Virus record (IMG/VR): IMGVR_UViG_3300020054_000927
Span: 1 to 29,229 of that record
Strand: one strand, 5' to 3'
Source: a virus
Taxonomy: Duplodnaviria; Caudoviricetes
Length of the DNA stretch: 29,229 nt
The number at the start of each line of letters is the position of its first letter. Positions within the stretch are counted from its first letter, which is position 1. Shown here piece by piece: positions 7,809-16,784 of the stretch. The notes below the pieces were generated by a model. The model was not told the origin of the DNA. It did not search any database and was given only the letters and a program-made list of their open reading frames with translations. The position numbers and the translations under genes were made by a program.

Positions 7809-9723
7809 AGGCTAATGACCCAACAATTTCATCAAACTCAACGCCGCTTCTTGTTGCCACGAAGGTTAATTCAATTACATTAATTGAACGTGCAGGCTTA
7901 ATAAAGATATTAGCTCTGAACTTACCTTGGTCAATAATAGACGGTGTATTTACTGTTGTATCAGATACCACTCTGAAATCAACAATACCTCTTTTACCTT
8001 GAATGTCTCTTAAGAATGGTTCAACAATTCCTTTAAATTGAGCTTGAGTAAACTCGTCGTTCAATTCAAATAAGAATGATTCTGCAGCATTGGCAATTGC
8101 CTTTTCTACCGCAATAAACAATCTTCTAACGTTGATACTATCAAATGCGCTATTAGCACCTAATCCTGTCTTATCACCAAATAAAACAATTCCTCGTCCT
8201 GTTTGTGCCATGACTGGGTTAACATTTGCACTGTATAGTTGATCTCTTTGAGCCTTATTAGGATTAAAGGCAAGTTTAACAACATTCTTGATTACACCTT
8301 TACGGAAACCGGCAGGAGATTCAAAAGGTTCAACTCTTGAAGCAAGACCTGCGATATCACCGTTAAGTGGGGTATATCTGTATACATCATTATATCTGTC
8401 ATATCTATACTTATAACCTGAATCCATTACATAGTAAGAAGAACTTGGTAAGCTATTCTTATATGCAATAATATTTGCTAATTTAGCTTCAGATTTGCTT
8501 TCATCAACAACATCTGATTTAGCAGGCGAAATAAACGCAACTGCATCTTTTCTGTAATCAGCAATATTTGAAATAAGGTATGTAGCAAGATTACCACTAT
8601 CGTCACCTTTACCTTGTAATACGAAAGATACATCAATCTCATTTGAAGATTTGAATAAATCGTAGGCACCGGCAAGGTCGGCTAATGTTGCTGCAGTTTC
8701 TGTTCTACCATCTGTACCTAATGCTAATGATTCATATTCAGAAGTTTGAGCTTCGAAGTGAGCAGTATTAGCAACAGTAACCCAAGAAGATTCTTGAGCA
8801 ATTACTTCTCTATAGTAATTTGTTTTACCGTTTGATAGTTTTGCACTTTGTGATGTAGAAACATCAGAATAAATTTCTAATACAGTATCTGGTGTTCCGG
8901 ATATTGAACCATCTTCATCAATAACAGCAATATGGAAATTGCCTGTTGCTGGAGCTTTTCCAAATAATCCTGAGAATGCCCATTTCTTTGTAATACTTAA
9001 TTTATTTAATTCTGTCTCTGCTAATCTGTATGGTTGACCTAAAGTAATAGTATATCCATATGATGTAACTAAACTGGTGTTAGCAGTTTCATCGCCTGCA
9101 GAATCTCTCCATTCTTCAGCAATTGAAGAAACTGGTATTGATTGATAACCTACTGAATCGTTACCGATGACAAATATATCACCTGCATCAATTGTTGTAG
9201 TATCAATTCTATATGCTGGTGCAACTTCAAATTCAACTGAAGTAGCATTAAAAGCAATTGTTTGGTTAATGGAAGTATTACCTGTGATTCTTGATGAAGT
9301 AATATTACTTACTTCAATAAGATCAGCTTCAAAGTTTGTATCTTTAACATACGCAACCTGTAATGAGTTACCTAACTCTCCAGGATATAATGCATCAAAT
9401 GCACCATATACATGAAGTTGAGTATTTGAGCTTGAAGTATCAGAAGCAGAAGCAGTAACTGCTCCATTATCTGCACGAGCAACCCATAATGCATTTGCAT
9501 ATGAAAGATAATCAGCTGCTACAAAGAACGTCTCATAGTTATTATCATTGGGTTCACCAAATCTTTGAACTAATTCATTCTCTGAAGAAACAAGTATTGC
9601 TTCACCTACCGGGCCCCATCTAAATACACCAGCTACTGCTGCAGGTGGTGTTGCGATGGCAGGAACCGATGCTGATGCGTCCACCTCTCGAACAATTACG
9701 GAAGGACTTACGGAAAAAGCCAT
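7807..9723 (-). CDS. gp18: Tail sheath protein (gp18 family)
   Basis: MAFSVSPSVIVREVD, FRWGP, DSGYKYRYDRYND, PLNGDIAGL, SPAGFRKG, FDSINVRRLF, FIKPARSINVIELTFVATRSGVEF. Confidence 0.99.
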   Translation of the reverse strand: MAFSVSPSVIVREVDASASVPAIATPPAAVAGVFRWGPVGEAILVSSENELVQRFGEPNDNNYETFFVAADYLSYANALWVARADNGAVTASASDTSSSNTQLHVYGAFDALYPGELGNSLQVAYVKDTNFEADLIEVSNITSSRITGNTSINQTIAFNATSVEFEVAPAYRIDTTTIDAGDIFVIGNDSVGYQSIPVSSIAEEWRDSAGDETANTSLVTSYGYTITLGQPYRLAETELNKLSITKKWAFSGLFGKAPATGNFHIAVIDEDGSISGTPDTVLEIYSDVSTSQSAKLSNGKTNYYREVIAQESSWVTVANTAHFEAQTSEYESLALGTDGRTETAATLADLAGAYDLFKSSNEIDVSFVLQGKGDDSGNLATYLISNIADYRKDAVAFISPAKSDVVDESKSEAKLANIIAYKNSLPSSSYYVMDSGYKYRYDRYNDVYRYTPLNGDIAGLASRVEPFESPAGFRKGVIKNVVKLAFNPNKAQRDQLYSANVNPVMAQTGRGIVLFGDKTGLGANSAFDSINVRRLFIAVEKAIANAAESFLFELNDEFTQAQFKGIVEPFLRDIQGKRGIVDFRVVSDTTVNTPSIIDQGKFRANIFIKPARSINVIELTFVATRSGVEFDEIVGSLA

Positions 9724-9786
9724 ATTATTCTCCTTTAAATATTATCTATTTTAAACCTATTTACTAATTTATAGTTATCACAGTTT

Positions 9787-9794
9787 TATTTATA
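9787..9794 (-). promoter_or_regulatory. T4-type late promoter for gp18
   Basis: TATAAATA(AAACT) on the minus strand in the gp17-gp18 gap. Confidence 0.8.
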
Positions 9795-9804
9795 ATAATT
9801 TAAA

Positions 9805-11424
9805 CTACACTTCAAAAGTTCTTTCAGGTCTGTACTCAATCCATCCTTGTTCATCTGGTAATGGATCCCCTGTATCAATAAATCCGAAAGGTAGTAATTC
9901 TTCATCAAGCTGTTGTTCAGTTTTTTCTTTCAATGCTGCTAATGTATTGATATCTGTTAATTCTCTAAAGAATCGTTGGTCAGATAACCAAGCAAATAAT
10001 ACTAGATTCATAACGAGATCATCGTTAGCTCCAGATTCAGCTTCGTAAGAATTACCTTTTTTACTAAAACGTGATAACTCCTGTATTGTATTATAATCTT
10101 GTATTATTAACTGATTTTGTTCAATTAATAATTTCAATATAGAACAACCTTTTGATTTTACTTGTCGGGTTGTTCTTATTCCATGATCTGCTCTCTTCCC
10201 TCCAAAACCACCTGAAACTTGTTTACCGGATCGGCCGGCATTTTCAGTGAAAAGAAGATTTTCATAGCCGTAGTCCATTAAGAGTACATCAGAAACCTGC
10301 TCACCGATGTCATTGATTTCTATTAATATGGCACTCTCATTATACATCAGCCCTATTCTATATATAACAGAGGCAAAGTCAACTGGACTTATAGTATTGT
10401 CCTGAAAGCAACATACTTGTTTGTATGGCATTTCAGTTACATCAATCATAGTAAATGTTGAATAATCAAGGCCTTTACCTCTTGACACATCAACTGTCAT
10501 AACATATGAATGATTAGGTATTGCTTTTTCGTATTGTGTAATACCTTCACTTTCAGTAATTGGTTTGGATGGTGCTAGTTCTTTTAATTTGGCACCACTA
10601 ATAAGAGTACCTGAACTACCCAAGAATTGACAACAGTACTCTTGATTAAATTTTTCGTTATCAAAATCTAATGCTTCAAGAGTTTCATCTTTCCATTGTT
10701 CGTCTCTACCTGGAACATCATACCACATAACTTCAACAAACTCATAACCGTTAGTACCTTCTTTGGCACCTTTACAAGTTTTCCAAAAATGGTTCAATCC
10801 ATTTGGTGTTGAAGTCATTAATAACTTTGTACTTTGACCTGATGAAATTGTTGGATATACTGAAGCAAAGAATTCATCAAATCCTTCAATAAACGCAACC
10901 TCATCAAGATATAGAAAAGAAATAGATTTACCTCTAATTGCCGAAGATGTTGTAGTTCCTGCGTATATCTTACAACCATTTTCCAATGTTATATTACCTT
11001 TATTCCATTCTTCAATACCTTGCTGCATCCATTTAGGTAATGCCTCATAGGCAAGCTGAACTCTCCCTAATACTTCTCTAGCCGCATCACCTTTGTTTGC
11101 CAATATGGCAACGGTCTTAAATTCATTAAATAAGATGTAGTGTAATATAACCGCTACTGCTGTTGTAGTTTTACCTGCCTGTCTTGATGTAAGTACGGCA
11201 ACTCTTCTATTCTTTGTAATCTTTTCTGTAATTTCTTTTTGATAATCATACATCTGAATAGGAATTAAGCCTTTATCAACATGTACAATTTTAATATAGT
11301 TTTCAGCGAAGTAAATAGGATCTTCAGCGCATTTCATATACTCCTTCAACATCTCTGGAGTAAATTCGATTTGTTCTCCAACTTTTTTGAGGTATGAATT
11401 ACCTAAGTACCCGCGATCTATCAT
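9805..11424 (-). CDS. gp17: Terminase large subunit (gp17 family)
   Basis: Walker A SRQAGKTT, Walker B LYLDEVAF, STPNGLNHFW, nuclease VDVSRGKGLDYS and DDLVM. 539 aa, no intein-sized insertion. Confidence 0.99.
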   Translation of the reverse strand: MIDRGYLGNSYLKKVGEQIEFTPEMLKEYMKCAEDPIYFAENYIKIVHVDKGLIPIQMYDYQKEITEKITKNRRVAVLTSRQAGKTTTAVAVILHYILFNEFKTVAILANKGDAAREVLGRVQLAYEALPKWMQQGIEEWNKGNITLENGCKIYAGTTTSSAIRGKSISFLYLDEVAFIEGFDEFFASVYPTISSGQSTKLLMTSTPNGLNHFWKTCKGAKEGTNGYEFVEVMWYDVPGRDEQWKDETLEALDFDNEKFNQEYCCQFLGSSGTLISGAKLKELAPSKPITESEGITQYEKAIPNHSYVMTVDVSRGKGLDYSTFTMIDVTEMPYKQVCCFQDNTISPVDFASVIYRIGLMYNESAILIEINDIGEQVSDVLLMDYGYENLLFTENAGRSGKQVSGGFGGKRADHGIRTTRQVKSKGCSILKLLIEQNQLIIQDYNTIQELSRFSKKGNSYEAESGANDDLVMNLVLFAWLSDQRFFRELTDINTLAALKEKTEQQLDEELLPFGFIDTGDPLPDEQGWIEYRPERTFEV

Positions 11425-11909
11425 TCGTTGTTATCGCCTTTAATCATTTTTAATAAATCGGCGGTTGATACAATTAAGTTATTATTCGTAACTTGAGTGG
11501 ATGGTCCAGATTCTTCTTTAGCAAATCTTTTCTTTGTAGACATTTCAACATAATCTTTGTTTGCATCAAGCAATGTTTTCATTAGTGTGGATACAACTTC
11601 AAATGCTCGAGGAGATTCTGATTGTTTCGCAATTGCTGTCATTTCTTTAACTGCATCATCACCAAGATTAATAATATTCTCAATATTTTGTTTTGCTAAT
11701 TCAATGTCTTTTAAATTTTCTTCAGCTTCTTTTGTAATAGCCGCAATAGGATGTACTACACTTTCTTGCGGTAAATTCTTTAAATTATCTACACTTTCCT
11801 GCACCAAAGGATCTTCTTTAAGAGTTGCTTCAAATTCAGCCCTTAAATCTTCTTTGGCATCTTCCAAAGGTCTCATATTTAAAGCTTGCGCAATTTTATC
11901 ATCAGTCAT
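11421..11909 (-). CDS. gp16: Terminase small subunit (gp16 family)
   Basis: SESPRAFEVVSTLMK and TNNNLIVSTADLLKMI; overlaps the gp17 start (ATGA). Start moved to ATG 11909, which has a GGTGA RBS, rather than GTG 11918. Confidence 0.93.
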   Translation of the reverse strand: MTDDKIAQALNMRPLEDAKEDLRAEFEATLKEDPLVQESVDNLKNLPQESVVHPIAAITKEAEENLKDIELAKQNIENIINLGDDAVKEMTAIAKQSESPRAFEVVSTLMKTLLDANKDYVEMSTKKRFAKEESGPSTQVTNNNLIVSTADLLKMIKGDNNE

Positions 11910-12348
11910 ATTCACCATCCTTTGCTTTGTATTCCTTATTATTTATTGCGCATGATTTTCGTAATAGGCTGCTACTGAATCTGTGATCTCTTTTATTAAA
12001 GTGTAAATCAATATCTCGCTTACGACAGATATCTTTTCCTGTGAAATCTTTATCACGATATTCTTCTCCTAATATACGAACATGAATTGTATATAGTTCT
12101 AAAATATCTTCAAGATCTCTTTCAGTACAATAAGGAATAATTTCGTCAACATATCTTACTGCCTTAAGTTGACTATATCTTTCTACAATAGTTTGAATAG
12201 GTGGGTTCTTTATATTAGGACGATCCTGTGAAGGATCCATTTGTAATCCTACAATTAAATAATCACATTGTTCTTTTGCTTCTCTTAGCATTTGAACATG
12301 GCCAGCATGAAGCAGGTCAAAACTGCTACAAGTAAATCCAATTTTCAT
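11902..12348 (-). CDS. tagD: Glycerol-3-phosphate cytidylyltransferase-like HxGH nucleotidyltransferase
   Basis: GFTCSSFDLLHAGHVQMLREAKEQCDYLIVGL, YVDEIIPY, ILGEEY, C-terminal RDHRFSSS; AGGA RBS. Substrate not established. Confidence 0.85.
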   Translation of the reverse strand: MKIGFTCSSFDLLHAGHVQMLREAKEQCDYLIVGLQMDPSQDRPNIKNPPIQTIVERYSQLKAVRYVDEIIPYCTERDLEDILELYTIHVRILGEEYRDKDFTGKDICRKRDIDLHFNKRDHRFSSSLLRKSCAINNKEYKAKDGEYD

Positions 12349-12361
12349 AATTTATTTCCTC

Positions 12362-13219
12362 TTAACTAGGTTCAGTATCGGATACTTGCTCGATAAAGTC
12401 CCAGTCGTCATCAAATTCAATTAAACTAAAATCAACGGTTAGTTCAGGATCGGTTGTTGGTGTACCGTTTGCTGTCATACCTGGTTGCATAGTTTGATAT
12501 TCAACAAACTCTGTATTCGCAAGTATATCATCAGCATAACGAACATCAATAAATCTGATAATATTCTTATCTCTTTCAGGTCCAAAGAACCAACCTTTCA
12601 TTGTAAAGTTTAATGTATATATTATACTTCTTCTTGTTGTGAATGCTTCTTCATAAACATCTTCACTTGTTACTCCAGATAAAATTAATGGAATATCAAG
12701 TGGTTCCAATCCGTCAATTAATCTTACAGTGCTTGTATGTTCTGGATTAAAGAACGGTAATATTTGTTCTAATATTTTAACGGCATCTTCATTATATTTT
12801 GCCATAATGTATAAACTGAATCCCATGTTATATGGAGTTCCTGCATACAGAAATTTGCGATATCCGCTTGCTTCATCAACTGCAGTCTTTCTTAATTTTC
12901 TTGTAGGAGCAACTTTTCTTTCAGTGTCATATGTAAACGATGTAAGTTCAAAAGCCATACGAGGTAATGTCATTGCGTATGGTTGTCCTGCCGAAGGATT
13001 ACCAGATGCATCAGTGGAAGCTCCACCTAATAATGCAGGATCTTGGTCAAGACGAGCTAAAATCTTTTGATATGGTCCATAAGAAATAGGTACTATTTGT
13101 CTCTGATTAAGTGTACCATCAGTGCTTGTTCTTCTAACTTCTAATTGATTAAAATATGTACCAAATAAGGCAACATATTTGCGAATCGTAGAATTGTAAA
13201 AATAGTTTGCTATTGCCAT
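12362..13219 (-). CDS. gp15: Tail sheath stabilizer/terminator (gp15 family)
   Basis: YFYNSTIRKYVALFGTYFN, VPISYGPYQK, LPRMAFEL, PYNMGFSL, ILEQILPFFNP, IIYTLNFTMKGWFFGP. Confidence 0.97.
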   Translation of the reverse strand: MAIANYFYNSTIRKYVALFGTYFNQLEVRRTSTDGTLNQRQIVPISYGPYQKILARLDQDPALLGGASTDASGNPSAGQPYAMTLPRMAFELTSFTYDTERKVAPTRKLRKTAVDEASGYRKFLYAGTPYNMGFSLYIMAKYNEDAVKILEQILPFFNPEHTSTVRLIDGLEPLDIPLILSGVTSEDVYEEAFTTRRSIIYTLNFTMKGWFFGPERDKNIIRFIDVRYADDILANTEFVEYQTMQPGMTANGTPTTDPELTVDFSLIEFDDDWDFIEQVSDTEPS

Positions 13220-13905
13220 TATGAGTCACTTATTTGTATGTTTTCACTAAACGGATCTACTTCTGAGAAATCAATAATACCATCTGCTTCAATTTCAAAG
13301 TTTAGGTTATTTGATAGATCATCAGTTTGTGCAAGTGCATTTAGTGTAACTGTATTAGAAACGTATACATCTGTATTGTAATCTGCAAAGTAATTATCAA
13401 TTTCTGTTCGGCCTGTATTGAATCTTTGGTTGCTGTATTCAATCAATTCACATGTCATATCAAATACTTGAGTTTTACCCATTTGATAAAATACGCTTTC
13501 ATGTTCAACGTATTTAATTTCAAAAATCTTTTCGTTTAATGGGAAGTAAATTAAATCGCCTTCTCTTGGACGAATAAGTTCAACAACCTCTCGAGTTACA
13601 TATCTTTCAAATGTTCTATTCGCAACGGTAAGTGTTAATTGATCTCTGATTTGTAAACCGAACTTAGATAAGAAATCACCTTCACCTTCAAATCCTTCGT
13701 TATTTTTAACATAAACTTCAAATTCAAAAGTTTCATTATATTCTGGAAAATCGTCTTCATTAAAGATTACATCACGACCTTTAATTGCTCTACTAATGTA
13801 AATGACATCAACACCATACTGCTTGATAGATTCAATTACTAAATCGTCAATCAGTTCTTGTTCAGAAAATCTCTGATAGTTGTTGAAAAATACATTAGTT
13901 GCCAT
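13219..13905 (-). CDS. gp14: Neck protein (gp14 family)
   Basis: EQELIDDLVIESIKQYGVDV, GEGDFLSKFGLQIRD, RPREGDLIYFPL, FEIKYVEHESVFYQMG, DFSEVDPF. Confidence 0.97.
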   Translation of the reverse strand: MATNVFFNNYQRFSEQELIDDLVIESIKQYGVDVIYISRAIKGRDVIFNEDDFPEYNETFEFEVYVKNNEGFEGEGDFLSKFGLQIRDQLTLTVANRTFERYVTREVVELIRPREGDLIYFPLNEKIFEIKYVEHESVFYQMGKTQVFDMTCELIEYSNQRFNTGRTEIDNYFADYNTDVYVSNTVTLNALAQTDDLSNNLNFEIEADGIIDFSEVDPFSENIQISDS

Positions 13906-13908
13906 TAC

Positions 13909-14652
13909 TTATCCAATATAGTTATAAGAGAGAGGTTGTAATTCGGATATTGCGTTTTCTTCCATTAATCTTCTCTCTTCTCTCGCATCGGAAAGTATTT
14001 GTTCTCCATTGAATGATACACCGCCTACAAGTTGCATACCTGTAAACTTAGTTAAGTTTGAACCCCACTGCTCTTTAACTAATGCAGTTGCGTAATTTTG
14101 TAACCAACGATCTGACCACACATCTGAATACGAAGCAGGATCAATTACATCGTATGCTTCAATAATGAGATACTCTCCTTCAGTTAATACACCTTTATCC
14201 ATGTCAAGATGCAATCTATTAACGTGTTTATTATAACGAACCATTGGTTTACCTACAAGCATTTCTTGTAAGAATTCTAAATGACTCATTGACATATAAT
14301 AATTTGTAATATTATAACCTGTGATATCTTCAAGATTATTTAAAACGAATTGATACTGAACATTAAAAATACCTGAACCTGTTGAAATACTTGACTGCAT
14401 ATCAAAGATGCCTGAAATACCAAGGATTGTTGTAGGCAAATCAATATAACCATTTGCTACATCATCTGCAGTAAGTTGGTGTTTTAAATAAATTAATTGA
14501 CTACCGTTATAATGATAATCTCTCCAAAAATCAATCGCTTCATCAAGACGATCATCTACCTGTTCATCGGACACATTAATATCAATGACAGGTGCACCTA
14601 GCTTACGGAGTACCCATGCTTTGAATTCTTCTCTTGTTGTTGGTTGTGCCAT
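13909..14652 (-). CDS. gp13: Neck protein (gp13 family)
   Basis: LRKLGAPVIDINVSDEQVDDRLDEAI, WLQNYATALVKEQWGSNLTKFTGMQLVGGVSFNG. Confidence 0.97.
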   Translation of the reverse strand: MAQPTTREEFKAWVLRKLGAPVIDINVSDEQVDDRLDEAIDFWRDYHYNGSQLIYLKHQLTADDVANGYIDLPTTILGISGIFDMQSSISTGSGIFNVQYQFVLNNLEDITGYNITNYYMSMSHLEFLQEMLVGKPMVRYNKHVNRLHLDMDKGVLTEGEYLIIEAYDVIDPASYSDVWSDRWLQNYATALVKEQWGSNLTKFTGMQLVGGVSFNGEQILSDAREERRLMEENAISELQPLSYNYIG

Positions 14653-14690
14653 TTTAATTGATTTCCATTAATTATTAATATTTATTCGGC

Positions 14691-15356
14691 TTATGGTTCA
14701 GCCTCAGCATCAGCCCTACAGTCAACTCTTATTTCCCATATTTTAGTATCATCATATCCAGATACACGTCCCCAAAATTCAACAATCCATGTACAATCTC
14801 TAATATTGTTTGCTACCGGTGCTGCGGACGCACTCGCACCCAAAAAGAGTTGAATATTATCACCGACGCTACTTGTTGTTAACCAAGTATCATTTACATA
14901 ACTATTTGAATATGTTGAATATGAGCTAGAACTTCCAACCACTACGTTATTAGTCAATGTATATTTCATCTTAATAGCGGATGGTGTAAAACCATTAAGC
15001 GTAAATACATCTTGTGCATTATCAAATGCAGCAGTTGTTAAAGTAGAAGAGGTACCACCTACCTCATACCTAAGTACTGATTTAGTTGTAAAATCTCCAC
15101 TCGCAAAAGAGCTATCGTCCCTGGCTTCAATTTCAAATCCCAAACTGCCTCTTCTCATTTTAAGTTCTATATATGCAGCTGTAGATGCAGAGTTAGATAA
15201 AGAAAAAGCAGTTGCCAAAGCATCGAGTCCAACTCCATCATCGGAATAACGAACATATTCTATTCCTCCGCCTGTTGGAATAGAATTACCTGAAACTCCG
15301 CCAGTACCTCCGGTTACTGATAATCCTGACATTGTGTTATAAGTATGTGTTGCCAT
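14691..15356 (-). CDS. Hypothetical Ser/Thr/Gly-rich virion protein (candidate fibre/receptor-binding subunit)
   Basis: Likely start ATG 15356 (MATHTYNT...) in a TAATG overlap with the upstream stop; 221 aa, beta-rich composition; sits directly upstream of gp13. Confidence 0.7.
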   Translation of the reverse strand: MATHTYNTMSGLSVTGGTGGVSGNSIPTGGGIEYVRYSDDGVGLDALATAFSLSNSASTAAYIELKMRRGSLGFEIEARDDSSFASGDFTTKSVLRYEVGGTSSTLTTAAFDNAQDVFTLNGFTPSAIKMKYTLTNNVVVGSSSSYSTYSNSYVNDTWLTTSSVGDNIQLFLGASASAAPVANNIRDCTWIVEFWGRVSGYDDTKIWEIRVDCRADAEAEP

Positions 15357-16201
15357 TATGCTAACCCTGTCCATGTACATTGATAGTATCCGGTATCAAG
15401 AATATTTGAGCCACCAGAATCAGATGCAATTTCTATTTTTATTGTTCCTTCCGCGGCCCCATAGGTAAGAAGATCTCTTGAATCTCTAAACCACCATTTT
15501 CTTGTTGATGATAATGCATGCCATGTATTTAAAGCGGCAGAATCAGATGAAGGTGAAGTAGATGGAGTAAAGCCAGAATAAGAAGATGCTCGAATATAAT
15601 ATGTTGTGCTTGGTGTAATATTGTTCCATTGAACCGATGAATGTAAGTATCTTCCAGCACCACCTACATTATAAATGCTTTCATATTTGTAAATATTACC
15701 GTTAGCATCAAATTCCCAGCCCATTATCATATCATTGTTATTACTTGTTGCTCTATCAAAGAAAGTTTCTGGACTACTTGTAGTACCGCTCAATGAAACT
15801 GTTTCTGTTGGAGCTCCACCACCTGTTGCCGTAAACCCAACAGCATTTGCTCTTATTTCAGTTGCAGAAACACAAGTTGCATAAACTTGCCAATGCTGAT
15901 AATCACCCCATGTAGGTTCTGTATTATCAGGCCAATTCCAAGAAGAAGGAAAAGTTGGTGTATAATAATTTGTAGATGTATCTAATAAGACAATTGCTGA
16001 TCTTCCTGCAGCCATACCAGATTCTGTAAATGTTGTTGCTGCAGTTAAAGTACATGTATGCATCGGTGTAGTAAAATTAACATTATCAGTTATTGCCACT
16101 GGAACCGCATGAAACCCAGTAAAAAAACCTGTAGCATCGGTAATGCTTTTTAATTTCAAAGAATCATTTATAACTTCTGTTCCTGATATTTTAATTGCCA
16201 T
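15356..16201 (-). CDS. MAIK-family fibre-like structural protein, paralogue 3 (shared N-domain plus unique C-domain)
   Basis: MAIKISGTEVIND...TLTAATTFT...LLDTSTNYYTPTFP...W...TC...IRANA shared with 16376-16774 and 16785-17720. Confidence 0.75.
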   Translation of the reverse strand: MAIKISGTEVINDSLKLKSITDATGFFTGFHAVPVAITDNVNFTTPMHTCTLTAATTFTESGMAAGRSAIVLLDTSTNYYTPTFPSSWNWPDNTEPTWGDYQHWQVYATCVSATEIRANAVGFTATGGGAPTETVSLSGTTSSPETFFDRATSNNNDMIMGWEFDANGNIYKYESIYNVGGAGRYLHSSVQWNNITPSTTYYIRASSYSGFTPSTSPSSDSAALNTWHALSSTRKWWFRDSRDLLTYGAAEGTIKIEIASDSGGSNILDTGYYQCTWTGLA

Positions 16202-16374
16202 TATTCTACACCTACGTCAAGCTTTCCAGCTAATCTATAAAACAGTTTTTTAATTTGTTCATTCTGTTCATCTTTATCATCATGTTCAGGAATTATATGA
16301 TACGATTCCACTTGATTATTACTTGAATCTGTATGAACAACTTTTATTGTAATGTCTTTTCCAGTTTTTGCCAT
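16201..16374 (-). CDS. 57-aa hypothetical protein (below ORF-track cutoff)
   Basis: MAKTGKDITIKVVHTDSSNNQVESYHIIPEHDDKDEQNEQIKKLFYRLAGKLDVGVE*. Starts 1 nt after the upstream stop (TAAGATG) and ends in a TAATG overlap with the next gene, filling the gap exactly. Confidence 0.75.
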   Translation of the reverse strand: MAKTGKDITIKVVHTDSSNNQVESYHIIPEHDDKDEQNEQIKKLFYRLAGKLDVGVE

Positions 16375-16375
16375 C

Positions 16376-16774
16376 TTACGATCCCCAGCTTGTTGCCACT
16401 GCTCTTATAGTACTTGAATCCCAACAAGTAAAAACAATTTGCCAATATCTTGCTCCAGTAAATGATGGTGTTGTATCATTTGCCCATTTAACATCTGTAT
16501 CAAAAGTTGGTGTATATCCTGTAGAACTAATATCTAAAACAAGCATATGAGTTTTTCCAGCCGCTCGGTTTGTCATATTTGCATTTGCGAATGTTGTCGC
16601 TGCAGTTAATGTACACTTATTAAAAGTTTTATCAAAATCTATAGTACCTACTCCACCGCCTGGAGTTGTAAATGACAATGGATGAAAATTATTATATTGC
16701 CCTTCAGCACCAGTGATATTAGCAATCTCTCTAAGATTGTTTATTACTTCTGTTCCGCCTACTTTAATTGCCAT
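16376..16774 (-). CDS. MAIK-family fibre-like structural protein, paralogue 2 (shared domain only)
   Basis: MAIKVGGTEVINN...CTLTAATTFA...LDISSTGYTPTF...VKW...WQIVFTCWDSSTIRAVA; AAGGA RBS. Confidence 0.75.
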   Translation of the reverse strand: MAIKVGGTEVINNLREIANITGAEGQYNNFHPLSFTTPGGGVGTIDFDKTFNKCTLTAATTFANANMTNRAAGKTHMLVLDISSTGYTPTFDTDVKWANDTTPSFTGARYWQIVFTCWDSSTIRAVATSWGS

Positions 16775-16784
16775 ATCTTATTCC

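Noticed and set aside
1093-11424. Introns, inteins or homing endonucleases in gp17, gp18, gp20 or gp23
   Set aside because: All are uninterrupted and of ordinary length; no LAGLIDADG, HNH, GIY-YIG or intein motifs seen.
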